A stretch of DNA of 64,000 bases, from the NCBI RefSeq assembly GCF_037042905.1, contig NC_087254.1, positions 10,664,001 through 10,728,000 of the forward strand. The letters are read 5' to 3'. Position numbers and translations under genes: made by a program. Source of the stretch: Lytechinus pictus. Lineage: Eukaryota. Shown piece after piece: positions 13,901 through 27,511 of the stretch (its first letter is position 1; each line of letters starts with the position of its first letter). The notes beneath the pieces are model-generated. The model was not told the origin of the DNA, did no database searches, and worked only from the letters and a program-made list of their open reading frames with translations.

Positions 13901-16709
13901 TAATCGAGGTTAGCCCCAAATATTGTCATTATTGTTTAAACAATAATTTTAACTAGATCACAATATTGTACATCAATATTGCCTATATCTTTCTTTCACC
14001 TTTGGATATATTCTTATCTTGATTTTAAATTTGAATAACATTTTGGGGATGTTCCGTACGACATTCCGTCCGAGGTGGATCTTTCTATACTAGTCGATAC
14101 TGTTTATCGACATTAATGATCGGAAATGTAACAAGTGGCTTTAATTAAGGTATTAATTTTCTTTCATGTTTAGTGTAAAATGGATTGTTTTATTTGCTGC
14201 GGGTGGAAAAGTGCTATTTCCTTACCAGACACGAGTTGGGCTACTGGATGCGCATGTGTGAAAGGGTGTGTGTGTGTGTGAGGGTGTGTGTGTTGAAAAA
14301 AAGGTGTGCGAGTGTGTTAGGGTGTCGGGGTGTGTGTGGTGGAGGGCGCTATACTGCCGCTCATTCGAAACAGTCTGTTGTCATTCATTGTTTGTATTCT
14401 TTAACATTGCTTTTGGAAATATACTTATTATTGAGTAGGTCACAATGTCTATGTCTAATCTATTTTAATTTGGCGTTAACTATAACTATTTCAAATATGT
14501 GTAGTCTTATTGGCGGTATCAGCCAATCAAAACAATTTTCCCCGGATTTGAAAGACAACAATTGTAGGTGTAAGAAATCACTGATCACTAAGGATTTTGT
14601 ACAAATACGTGTTGCATATATTTAGGATGTCGCAAGTTTGATATAAGCCAACGGCGTATTGTTCGGTGGTACGGGCAATTGGAAATCTTTGCCCATCTAT
14701 TAAAAAAATGTAATTCATTGCATATAAAATTTAAAATCACAACTAATAACAAAGTACTTCCAATACTTAGTCGATTGAACTCACATGACAAATATCGATA
14801 TTTTCTTTTCGCTCACTTGCATTAAACAACTCTGATATTCTAAGGAATCAAATTTCAGCTCCATCAGATTTCATGCCTCAGAGCGCTACTGGTGCAAGCA
14901 TTTTCCGTTTTTGTTCAATCTCTTGGGATATTTTGTCTTACTAATCACCGGTGGGCATCATTATTTTTGCTCTTACGTGTACCTACGTTGACGTTAGTTG
15001 TGACGTTTGGTACAAGGGTTATAGCGGGGGCAGGGAGACGAACATCGGATTCAACTTGAATGAACCACGCATTGCCTAAGTAATATTGATTCTAATCATT
15101 TGAAAATCGTTATCTTCGGGATTTCCAAGATGTCGAGCTCAACTGTTCACTTTTAATTAGACTTTTGCTTTGAAGTTAGCCAAACCTGACAAGGACTAGA
15201 CGAAAGATGTTAATCTTTCCACGTGTGTTATATTTTTCTTCTTCAAAACGGCGAACATTCCCTTGCATTTCATTGCGCGTATGAATAAAAACACGATTTG
15301 GGTTGCGATAATGCGTGATGGTTGAAGCAGTGGTGGCCCTTGGGGAAAACCGAAGCGTTAGATTAGATGCCTTTTCATCATGTTATTTGGTATGGTTTTG
15401 AACGAAGCAGTATGTTGCCGAGACAACATTCCGCCGGTGTCTGTCATTGGTTGTCTTCTTCATACGCGGTTTTCTCGTCGTTGGCATGTCCTGTTATTTC
15501 GTGAAAGTTCACAATGAGTTCATACCCTCTCATGTGGATGTCCTATTAAGATTTCTCTTGAATTTTCTAGAGAAAAAGTGGAGGATTGTCCCGGCATCCA
15601 GGGGTCAGACTGTGTCTGTATGTAGATTCTATTGTCCATGCAGAAATGAAATCCAGGTTATCGTAATTCCCCGACCACATGCTCTACATGGCTTTTACCA
15701 TGCTTGACCACATCCACAAGATAGTTTCTTCCAAATTTGTTAAATCTGGTTCTGAATGCAAAAACAGTTCAATTTTTATTGAGTAATTCTCTCAGAAAAA
15801 AGTAATGTGTTTTTCTGTTACATAACTTGTTTAGTCAGGTTCTAAATGCGGGAAAAAGAAATTGTCTCATTTTCATTAAGCGATTTTCTGAGAAAGAATC
15901 AAAAGTATCAAATATATATATCAACAACTAGAACAAAGACAATAAGCACCTGCATTCAGCAACACAGAGGATTTTTCGTCTTCTCAGATATTAATTGGGG
16001 GTAGAATCGGTGATATACCCCATGACGCGCCGATGCTGCCCAATATAGACCTTCGTCAATCTGAGATTTGAGTGGATAAAACGTTATACGATAGACGTTG
16101 ACGTGAACTTTTCATTGACGGCAATGAGTAATATAAATTAGTGGCACCATAAGTCCAAATGGTGTAAGACTGTTGTTAGTCACGGCAAGACGGTATAACT
16201 GACCGTCTGCTTTCGTGTCCTTCCTGTGTTAATAACTTAAGGCAAACATTTGTTTGTGTCATGAAAAGGAGAGAAGAAAATGGGATAAGTAATATGGAAT
16301 GTATCTATTTGTGAAGGAAGGAGGTCAATAAACGACTGGATTAGGTCATGCATAAGCAGCTATTAAAAGTGTCAGTAACCTTAAAATGTCCTTTACTGTT
16401 AAAGAATAAAAAGTGCGCGATCCCTGATCATGAATGATTAATGTGATGCCGTGTCGTTGATTGTGATACGAGGCGCAAAAATATGAAAATCAATTCTCCT
16501 GACGTTTCACCAAGAAGTCGTAGTCTTCCATAAGGATCCGATAGAAAAAGAAAAACAAAATTAAGAAAGCTTAAAAATCAAGATATTTAGTACAAAAAGA
16601 ATTACCACATAAGAATGCTTTTAAAATGCGTATACATCGATACACACTACGATTCAAGCATTTTCACTTAATTATTGTATGGTAAAAGAGCAGTACATGA
16701 TATATGTAT

Positions 16710-16795
16710 CCCAAGATGCCGTCGGCGGGAATCGAACCCCAAGTCTTCCCTGTGTTTAACAGGCGCCCTAGACCACTCGGCCACGTCACCTCCAC
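16710..16795 (-). mobile_element. tRNA-like SINE head
   Basis: Minus-strand GTGGCCGAGTGGTCTAGGGCG and GGTTCGATTCCC boxes; cloverleaf is imperfect. Confidence 0.55.
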
Positions 16796-16935
16796 ATAAA
16801 TACTGGTAACAGAAATTTAATCAATCAATTTGATTGTAGGCTCAATTTGAAATTGTGTCAGAACAAATGGACAAAACGATAAAAGTTAATTTTTTGTATT
16901 TACCTTCTCATGACATGTTTTATCTCAATTTACAG

Positions 16936-17160
16936 GATTTGACGAAGCTGCTGAAGTCTGCTCTGAGAGAGGCTCATCGGATCAAGCGTTCGCCATCGTA
17001 TTCACCAGCGGAAACGTCGTCATCGAGAGGATCGAGGCGATCGGCTTGCAGATTCGAATACCAAACGACTGTAATCAGAGAAGGGCACTGTATTCGATTT
17101 GGAGATTTTCCCGCCTGTTTATCCGGAGATCAATTGTACCCTTTCGCACGTGATTGCTAG
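16936..17160 (+). CDS. Uncharacterised secreted prepropeptide, coding exon 2 (aa 132-205: RIKR furin site, 4-Cys C-terminal peptide)
   Basis: Acceptor ttttatctcaatttacag|GAT is phase 0, matching the 10946 donor. Reads DLTKLLKSALREAHRIKRSPSYSPAETSSSRGSRRSACRFEYQTTVIREGHCIRFGDFPACLSGDQLYPFARDC*. Confidence 0.8.
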   Translation, partial: DLTKLLKSALREAHRIKRSPSYSPAETSSSRGSRRSACRFEYQTTVIREGHCIRFGDFPACLSGDQLYPFARDC

Positions 17161-20151
17161 CCGATAGATGCATCTTTGGACAAGCAGTCATTTCGGAAGA
17201 CGGTTCACGTATCGCGTATACAGGGACGTTGGTGAGCCACGCGTCGAAGATATCTTATGGGAAGCACTTCTGCAAGGTGCATTTGATTCATGCGTATTAC
17301 CGAGGACCCTTTGGCATGTTGAGGGGAGACTGTGTATTCCACTCATCGTGGACATTTCTTTTTATATGCAGATCAGTATGATTCGCGTTTGTACAAAGAA
17401 AGATTTTAAGCTGTATTTAAATCAAGGGAGGTTCTATATGTTGATAGTATTATGTACATATTTGGAGAGTTATGTATTGAGATGAATTGAGAAATTGAGC
17501 AAGGAGAGAAAATCAACAAATTGACTGCAATTGATTTTTAAAAAGAAATAGATTTTAATTTGATGTAGAGTTTAAACAGAAGGTACTGACTTGTCGGTGT
17601 TTTATTATCACCTGTAATCGATAACATGATCTAGTAGAAAGATTGAGAAAGTCTGACTGAATTCAGCATGATCGGTAGATTATTACAGTTCACCAATAAT
17701 ATACGATACCACAGGTCCTAAAATGTATTCACCATCGGATAACACACATGCACAATTTTTTACCGAGGGAATGTTTCAGAAATCTGATCGTAAATTTGCG
17801 ATTGATTTGATAGGCAACTTAAATATGGCATGCCAAATGGAATCCTGACTAATTTTATCTTGGGGCTGTCGCATAATACTGAGTTCCCACTGTCACTACT
17901 TGCATCACGATTCAAACGGCGAACTTAATCGTTCAGTAGTCGTAGTGATCTTGACGGATCGTATCAGATCAGTAGTGGCAATCGTATTGATCATATCAAA
18001 CAAATTTGAATGGTTCACAAATTTTCGCGATCAGTTACAAAAGGCCAATCGTGAATTTCTTAAAGGATCGCACGACAGCGGGAACGAGGTTTTAAGAATT
18101 ACGATCAAACGCAACACAAAATATTGAACGCAACTTGATGTTCAACTTAAGAAACGTGCGTATTATGGACTTTGATTGATTTCTTGAGTTGCATTTAATC
18201 ACAGCTCATTATGAAACTGGTCCCACATCACCTGAGAGTGAATAATGTTAATGATATGTATTTTCATTAAAGCGGAGGAAAGATTGATCCCATTTAGAAT
18301 ATAGGAATATAGGATCTTATGTAGGAAAAGCAGTTTACATGAGCGCAGACCTGTAATGTCATTCGGTATTCATTATTTCAAACGTCGAGTTATGAAGTGC
18401 TTTGCGATGGATAAACCACCCAAAGTCACTCCATTTCCGTTCGTTAAAGAATGATCAACACGTCAAATGATATCAATCACTCAGCACAATGTGAGGGATT
18501 TTTCAATCCTCGACGCACGACGGATTTAAGAACATAGTATAATGTATTGCCAAATGCCCCACATGACAATGAACAACCAAGAAGTCTTTGTCGAAAATTG
18601 GTGAGTCAAGGCGGCAGTTTCGTCCTAGAATGTGTACAAACGACGCACATGTATTTGTGCAATTTTTCGTCAGCTCCGGAACTTAAGACGAAGTTCTTCA
18701 ATTATCGACAAAGACCTCCCAGCTGTTTACTTTCGATTGACTGACATTTTCAATACACTTACTAAGGACTTGAATCCGTTCTGCGTCGCGGGGTGAACAT
18801 TCCCTAGTGGTAGACTACCACGAAAGCAATGACGACATTGACGACGTTTTCGGATACTGAAAACATCAAAACACATTCATTAGTGTGCTAAAAAGATGAC
18901 GGAAGGATACGTTAAAGGTCGAGCATTATAATTACTGACAAACAAACCAGTGTTTGTGTTCCTGACCAGACAATTATATGGTTATCATTCATGCAATTGG
19001 CGACGGCGAAGAGTGAAGTTTGTGGATGTTTTTATTGAATCCGATTGTTTCCATGGCGATAGAACGCACACGTACATTCTCATTGAACAAGGGGATACAT
19101 TACGCTTTCCAGCGTCAGTTTGGCCTCCCTGATTGAAACAACTTGAAGCAAATAAAATACATATGTATTGTGTTTGATAATGCTTAAGTCACACTATGGT
19201 AACGAACTCCATATCGATCCAAGCAATTACGTTCTTGCGAGCGGTATATCATGGTTCAGTTTGGAAGTAGTGTGTCTGCGGCATTTCAAAGTGTTTGTTT
19301 GTGTAATATTCCACTAGCCACGTTATAAATTACTGTATTCGGAATATTAACTGTCGTCAGTTACTTCATGGATGTTGTATTTCATGGAATATTTGTCATT
19401 CTGTATGTATTTCATATTTTGTTGTGTCTCATGAGTATTAGGAATTCAATTACTGCCATTTTCCTACATGCAGATTCCGCTACTTAAAGTACTAAATGTA
19501 TATTTCGCATTGTTCGTGATATGTGAATTTACATATTGTATTCTAATATTTTATGTTGAATAAAATGAGAACATTGATGCCTTGAATTTGACCAATGTTG
19601 TCTTCACTTCAGGAGCGAGGTGTGTGTCAAGAAGGCCTATTCTAAAAAAAATACCCATCAGTAAAAGGATGAGTTTGTTTTTAATAATTGTCTAAAATTA
19701 TTTTTAGGCCAGTAATGAGAGCTAGAAAGCATAGATTCAGTTTTCTGATCATGTAGACCTATATTTCATTTATCATGAAATAGTATTTGAATATTTATAA
19801 GTTATCGAATAAATCACATTTGCATACGATAAAAGTACCGTTAACATTAAAAAATAGGGTATCGATATTTATTTCATAACTCGTTTTGCAATGTGAATTG
19901 ATTTTTCTTTTATAAGTTTGAAGGATGAAGTGAATTTTATTTTTCTCGCGTTTTGAAATGGACGGATGTGATTTTCCCCTTTTCTGCAAATGTGTAAAAT
20001 TATGATCGTTTATCCTTACGTGTGTGTGTATATATTATCTATTGATTGTTATATAAGTTTATTTTTTATTTTACAGATTAAAGTAATATTTATGATTGAT
20101 AAAAGAAATGAAAATGACTGCCTGTGTATTCTCTCACTTGTTTTTCTTAAA

Positions 20152-20820
20152 CTACACTCTGAAAACAGAGAAGTAAAAAACTACCTCAATTGGGTAGAAA
20201 GGGAACATGCATGTTTGCTGGGTAACCCCCCCCCCCCAATATTGGGAAAAATGTATGTTCCAACGCAACATTGCATAAAATTTACAAAATATTTGTTATC
20301 CTTTTACCCAACAAGCATGCATGTTCCCATTTTACCCATTATTGGGTAGAATTTTTTTTAGAGTGTACGAACACAGCAAAAACTGTGGTGATTGGTGTAC
20401 AAAGATTACCCAGGTGTTAAATTTTGGTTTTAGTTCAACATATGTGGGACTTATTACAACACCCTTGATTGTTACTTTTACACTATATGGTGTTAGGTTC
20501 AATCTCTCGTGTGTAATTTTAACACCTCACACTCTTAAAAAGGTTTGGAAAAAAAGGCCAAATTTTTTAACCATCACTGGGCAACAAACTGTCCACACAA
20601 CTATTGGTTTAACTCTGTCGAAATTGGGTAATAAAAACTAATAATTATGTAATAAATTCAGTTAGATAATAATTTCCCAGAATACATATATATCTTTTTA
20701 CCAACATACATTACCAAACACAGAGGACAGTATATAACCAAACATTTTAAGTGTGCAGGGTGCAGTGCTCTCGTGAAACCAACTGGTGTCAATTTTAACA
20801 TCCCAGTTTTTACAATGTCC
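20152..20820. mobile_element. Cluster of CAC-ended palindromic MITEs (adjacent and nested)
   Basis: TACACTCTGAAA..TTTAGAGTGTA (20152-20366), then ACACAGCAAAAACTG..CAGTTTTTACAATGT containing CACACTCTTAAAA..TTTTAAGTGTG. Confidence 0.65.
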
Positions 20821-21666
20821 ATCATAATTATGTATAATTAGAAAAGAGGTTTTCAAATGTTCATTAAAATTGTCAAATGCCGCGCCTTTTTATCTGAAGC
20901 GTTACAATATTAATGAGAAAATGGAAATGATAAATAATGCTTAGAATTATTTATCAACAGTACCTTGTACCCGCCTTAGGTTGTACAGACACACCAAAAT
21001 TAGTCTTAATGGGGGAAAAATAAAAGTTTGCTTTTCAGGTCAAACCTAAAAGTACATTCGATTCAGTGCATATTAGTTATTCTGATCCTTACCATAGTAA
21101 ATAAAATAGTTTTATTTGAATAAGTAATGTTGACAAAATGAACTTAATTCAACGTATCAAAAGTACATGATTCAGTTTAAGTAGTGAAAGATCATTCGCC
21201 ATTATTTCATCCTAAAATTAGTTGACTGCGAAAAAGACACAAATGATAAAGCTAGTAGGCATACAGGGAGAGATGGCGCTTTACTTTTATAGATTTGATA
21301 AATAATATAATGTAAGACATAAGATAACATTAATGTAAAAAAAAAGAAGAGGAACCAAAAGTTTGCCCTGCGGTATACCGCACACGGCAACGGGAAGTGC
21401 GGAAGAATTGCCTTTGTTTACAAGCATGACAAATATGTGTCTGTGAAATTACTCCGACAATCTGCACCCAGTATAGGACATGGACTATGAAACATGACAA
21501 AAGAAATATGTTCATGATAAGAATCGATTGCTTTAATCCAGGAATTTAGTGATACAGTAATATACAAATCTCTGAAGATATCATATACCCGGCGCACTGG
21601 CGTATAGATGGGGTGGGGGGCTTGGCTGTAAAACAACACAACAAAATTCTCACTACCTAGCAAAAA

Positions 21667-22504
21667 ACAAGGGAAAAGCGATTTTGTGTCTCGCCCACTT
21701 ATGGAAATAACCAGAAATATCGTGATTTGCGAGGGCACGCAACAGAATTGTATCAAAACTTCATTGTGAAATGACTGGGATGGAATAACACTTGTCATAG
21801 GAGTCTTGTACGTAAACTTTAATGTTGACCTGAAAATGTCCGTTGAATACCATGTGACATCTGACTGCAGCATAACATGCAGGTCGCCAAAGTACATCTA
21901 CCATCCAAGTTTGGTTGAAAAGTGACTTACGGTTGCGGAGTTAGGTGTCATAAGAGAGTCTTGCATGTAAACTTTAATGTTGACCTGAAAGTGACCTTTG
22001 ACCTTATCATGTGACCTCTGACTGCAGCATAACATGCAGGTCCCCCAAGTTCATCTACCATCCAAGTTTGGTTGAAAAGCGACTTACGGTTGCGGAGTTA
22101 GGTGTCATAAGAGAGTCTTGCATGTAAACTTTAATGTTGACCTGAAAATTACCTTTGACCTTACCATGTGACCTCCGACTGCAGTATAACATGCAGGTCT
22201 CCCAAGTCCATCTACCACCCAAGTTTGGTTGAAAAATGACTTACGGTTGCGGAGTTAGCTGTCATAAGAGAGTCCGAGTGCATGTAAACTTTAACGTTGA
22301 CCTGAAAATGACCTTTGACCTTACAGTGTGACCTCCGACTGCAGCATAACATGCAGGTCCCCCAAGTCCATCTACCATTCAAGTTTGGTTGAAAAGCAAC
22401 TTACGGTTGTGGAGTTATGTGTCATTAGGTTTGTGACGGACGGACGACGGACGACATTTGGATCCCTAAGTTTCGCCTTCACCTCTGGTGGGCGAGGCAA
22501 AAAA
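21667..22504 (+). mobile_element. Non-autonomous Helentron-like (HINE/DINE-1-type) element with an internal tandem array of about 157 bp units
   Basis: ACAAG start; subterminal inverted repeat GTCTCGCCCAC / GTGGGCGAGGC; 3' hairpin followed by an A-run; about 4 tandem units; short GACG microsatellite. The superfamily call rests on architecture only. Confidence 0.65.
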
Positions 22505-23062
22505 GGAGAAAAAGAAAGAAAGCACGATATCATATTCTGCATATTCGGTCAAAATCTATCAAAAAACATCAAATTTTTGCCCGCTTGCTTCGCTCGTATT
22601 TTTTGGGTTGAGATTTCGCTCCTTTCGCCATGTCTGGGCCCCCTCAACATTTTTTGGCTCGTAATGCTTCTATCCCAGTGGAAATATTTTCGCCGTTTGC
22701 CAAAATGAAAGTTCTTGCTAATGTAGAAAGTGTAAATGGCACTGTGATTTTGGCGCAAAACTTAGAAACCGTAGAAAAAAAAAATCATCGATGGTGTAGA
22801 AAACAAGGCAAATTGACGTCACAATTGGCATATCAGCTGATAGAATGTTGTTAGATATTACTTCCATGATCTATTGGCCTTTATAAAGCAGGAAGCAGAA
22901 TGTTTGGAGACACGATACATTTAAAATGTCAAAGTATCAGGTCTATAACGCTCCTGATTTGGTAGCAATATTCCGGTCCCGTTCTTGTTCATATAATTGA
23001 TGAATACTAATTACAAGTAATACCAGCCGTGAAAATAATAAGCGTTGTTTTTTCCCCACCTG

Positions 23063-23197
23063 GGGTCCGTTGCAGAAACAGTTGCGATCAAACGCAACTC
23101 AAAACAATTGATTTTCAGCCAATGAAGCATCCGTATTCGGGACTTGCGCTTGATATTTTGACTTGCGTTCAAACGCAACTCTTTCTGCAACAGGCCC
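23063..23197. mobile_element. Small TIR element flanked by CWG (Harbinger-like)
   Basis: GGGTCCGTTGCAGAAA ... TTTCTGCAACAGGCCC inverted ends, with CTG and CAG flanks. Confidence 0.7.
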
Positions 23198-24293
23198 CAG
23201 ATATGACAAGTCAGTTCAGAAAACACCAATTTGTTTGAAAAGGTCACATATTGATGTTAATAACATTATGTGATCTGCAATATGTATGATTTGCTCGGAA
23301 TGGGGTTATGTACTGTCCGCCTTTTCTAAAATTCTCAGGAGGTTTGAACTGTGCAATCGGTATTAAGATTAGATTTTTGTCAAAATTCATTTGGATGTAA
23401 TCCGCATATAAGATGATACATGAAAAAAGTAAAATGGGAGAATATGATTTCCATCATAAAGGTCAATAATATTATTGTCATATGAAAGCAACTAGGGGTT
23501 TTTAACCATGGAAATAAAGGCAGTCACTGATGAGACATGCGGGGCATTTCCCGGGGCGGATCAACCATTGGCCGGTGGGGCGGGGATACATTAGAAATTT
23601 TGTGCCAAACAAACCACGAATATCACATAGGACTATAGTGTATGCACTTCATGTTACTTACTCAATTAACTCAGGTGCGTAAGCAAGGTGGCGGGGGGGG
23701 GGGGGAGTCTAAAGCTTCTCCCTAACTTCAAAATTTGTTATAGTCAATCATGTATCAATCGAAGTTTCGTGATTACCTAGACATAATGCACCACATTTAT
23801 TATTAAGTCCAACCCACGGTGTTTGAACCGACATATAGGAATGCGCATCCATTTTTTTTTTTGGGGGGGGGCATGGGGTAGGGTCCATATAGTTTAGTGT
23901 TTATACATCACAATTGTGTATTTGATGGAAGGGGGATCGGAAGCTACATTCAATTTCGAATTGCCAAACGATGCATCTACAATGACTATGAATTTCCCAG
24001 GTTACTTTAGATCTGATATTATTTTTTTGTTATACTGCAAGTAACGCCAGCGTAAATACGATCATCATAATTACACCATACCTAGTAAACATACTCTGTT
24101 GGGAAAATGTGAAGAGAATGAACCACGGCTACGCTACGTGCAATTTGAATGTCATCGGAATCATTTCTGGTTCATTAACCACTGCTATCAGGGTATTTTT
24201 AGGGAACACCGAGTATAAACATGATTAATATCGTTCGCTGAATTCCCACAGGTAAATATATTTTCCTCGCAGTCTATATTGTTGTAAAGTTAA

Positions 24294-25062
24294 AGGTCAA
24301 GTCCACCCCAGAAAAAATGATGATTTGAGTAAATAGAGAAAAATCAAACTAGCATAACGCTGACAACTTCATCAAAATCGGATGTAAAATAAGAAAGTTA
24401 AGACATTTTAAATTTTCGCTTTTTCACGAAACAGTGATATGCACAACTCAGTGACATGCAAATGAGACAGACGATGAGGTCCCTCACTCACTATTTCTCC
24501 TGTTTTTTATTGTTTGAATTATACAACATTTTACAGATTTGACATCAAGGACCAACTTGACTGAACCATATAGTATTAAACAATGCTAATTCCACATGCT
24601 CAGGGAGGAATTAATCGTTGATTCACTGCACATTGAGGACTAAATTAGAATATTTCATATTTAATATAACGAAATACTAAAGAAATAGTGGGTGGATGAC
24701 GTCATCAGTCTCCAAATTTGCATACCGACCAGGGGGCCGTTTCATAAAGCTGATCGTAAGTTAAGAGCGACTATAAGAACGACTGGTGATCCTTTCTTGT
24801 GGTAAATGATATTCACCATTGGTGATTATTTAGAGCGTAAGAAAGGTTCACCAGTCGTTCTTAAAGTCGTTCATATCTTACGAACAGCTTTATGAAACAC
24901 CCACCAGGATGTGCATAACTGATTTATGAAATTAAGCAAACTTTAAAATGTCATAACTTTCTTATTTTCCATCCGATTTCGATGAAATTTTCAGTGTTAC
25001 GTTTGTTGGATATTCCTCTTTTTATTGAAATCATTTTTTTTGTTGTTGGGGTGGAATGTCAT
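24294..25062. mobile_element. T2/Kolobok-type MITE, family A copy 2, interrupted by a nested MITE
   Basis: TTAA|AGGTCAAGTCCACCCC start, degenerate right end, colinear with the other copies apart from the insert at 24733-24904. Confidence 0.85.
24733..24904. mobile_element. Small TIR element with 3-bp CAG target duplication (Harbinger/PIF-like)
   Basis: GTTTCATAAAGCTG.TCGTAAG ... CTTACGAACAGCTTTATGAAAC inverted ends. The empty site GACCAGGATG is seen in the copy at 33755-34352. Confidence 0.85.
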
Positions 25063-27511
25063 TTAAATATACAAAGTACACTATACTCATAATGAGACGA
25101 AATACAGGAAAAAAGACAATTTTCCTCAAGAAATAGTAATTTATTTTCACAAAATAATGTGGCCCCAAAAGATCGTCTTCCAATTATATATAGTACACCC
25201 AAGTGTTCATCTACATCAAGAAAACACTTTGACGATGATTTTACCATAATATTGGCAAGTCAATGGTAGAAAAAGAAAATCACAGAATGATCAGACATAC
25301 ATTTCATACCAAAGAACAAAAGAACATATTAAAGACGTGATGTGTCAATCATAGTTACTGATGTCGTCATGATTAATACCTCGCAAGTGTACCGGCTGTT
25401 AGGCTCCAGGAGAAAAAAATAGAAGATAAGAAAAATAAAAGAAGATATGGAAATGGGTATGGAAATGGAGGATACGGATGCGGAAAATAAACTAAAGAGC
25501 GAGGGACAGAGAGAGAGAGAGAGAGGGGGGGGGGGGGGCAGCGAAGGAGAGAGAGTGTAATTTGCGTGCCTATGTATGTAAGTATGTATGTATGTATGTG
25601 TGAGTGTGAGGGTGTGTGTGTGTGTGTGTTGAGAGATAATGGGGGTTACAAGAGATAGAAAGAGGTAGAAAATAAGGGATATGGGTGATACATACTAGAA
25701 TGAGGAAAAGGGAAGGGACAGATGCACAGATAGATAGACAGAGTAATGGGGAGAAGGAAGTGGGAGCATGGGCAAAGTCTGTTTAAGTAACAGACAGTAA
25801 GGGAAGGAATACCCTTTTACAGAGCTCAAATCTATTACATCAGATTATTCCTCCTAACTAGAGATAATAAGTTAACGTGCAAAGCTAATAAATTAATAAC
25901 TAAAATAAGATACATGTATCAATCCCTCTTATTCACCGACCACGAATATGAAAAAAATGATTATAATCATTGAAATGATTAATTAACATTTTCATATCAA
26001 TTACATTGAATTATCTAATAAAAATCAATACATTTTACACAGGCTCATGATTACTTACTTTGGTTATATACAAATACTTCTGATCAATTAAAAAACATTG
26101 AGAAAGAGTATAGAAGTATAATTTGCGAGAGTACATGATCAATAAATATATAATTTACAAAATATACGATTCATTCATGAAACATCAATCGTATGAAACA
26201 CACGCCATCTATACATACAATATAATGAATAGTCTCACCCACTCAACAATTAACATGGCACTTGAAGCATGTATGTCATAAATCAATCTAATAAATTACG
26301 TACATTTATGCTTTGAACAAAATAAGAATTACAATACTAAGCAAGAAACCACTAAGAAAAAGACAATGCACTACACAACTAGGCAAAAATGGCAATTTCT
26401 ACTGGCGCAAACAATACTACGACAAAAATACATGTATTAGAATAATAGTGTTCAATGAAGGTTTCATAAGCGCATTAAAAAAAAAATTCAGCTTCATTTT
26501 CAAGTTACCGTGGTAACTACACCATCGAAGTATTGCTTGATGAATGATCGGCATCTTCAGTCAGGGCATTGATATTCTCTCTGACAAAGTAATGAAAGCA
26601 AAAACAAAACAATACAATAAATTACATTACATCGATCGTTCACTGATGTAAGAATGAAACATTAATGTGAACATCTTCTCAAGGATTACACGAAACGGTT
26701 GAGAATTGAGAAAGCAAAGGAAGTAAATGCTACAAGTTTACATAATAAGAAAACAATAATTTGGAAATCATTAATAGAAGAGTAATAATGGTCTTAAAGT
26801 GTATTTTTAAAATCGCTGCATTTATTAACTATCAACACGTTTCACAACAATTGTGAAAAAAAAACACACACAACATATAAGTAATTAAATTGCATTAATA
26901 AATCTAAATATAGGGAATTATGGTTTTCAAGCGCCAAAACGTTTCGGTTCCGACGTTATGCGCTTGTTAAGCTCATCTGATTTAATGACGGGAAAATAGT
27001 TGCAATAGCCTAAAAAATGCAATGCTTTACCGCGCAGTCACATTTCCCCCGAGTTGAAAACAGCTGTTTTGATATTTTTGTACCAGCTACATATAGGTGG
27101 TTTGATAAAACGGCTGTTTTCGACTCGCCGTACGGCCGCCGTAGGGGGAAATGTGACTGCAGCATTAGTCACACCACAGAATCCGACTCATAACCGACCG
27201 ATGGTATGTCATTGGAAAACAATCAGAAGATATGTGATACCGGTCTTGGTTTGGACACCACCAATCTCCTTCATTTTCACTTCATATCTTATTATATGTA
27301 TAACTGATTATGCTAGATTCTCTTAGGAATAGGGGTCTAGCTCACTTTCACTAAAAGAAGCTAAGATTCCATTCATAATCAACTCTTACACAAGAAATGG
27401 AACCAATTGCGACACAGTCACACCAATGAAACCGACTCCAGACCGACCAATGGTATAACGTTGTTTTCCAATGTCATACCATTGGTTGGTTTGGAGTCGG
27501 TTTCACTGGTG

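Noticed and set aside
16990-17007. SPSYSP resembles the RNA polymerase II CTD heptad
   Set aside because: A single partial match in a secreted protein; best explained by chance.
17154-17485. Two overlapping ORFs right after the orphan stop codon, or stop readthrough
   Set aside because: No recognisable motif or supporting splice signal, and in-frame readthrough would end after 24 codons; treated as 3' UTR.
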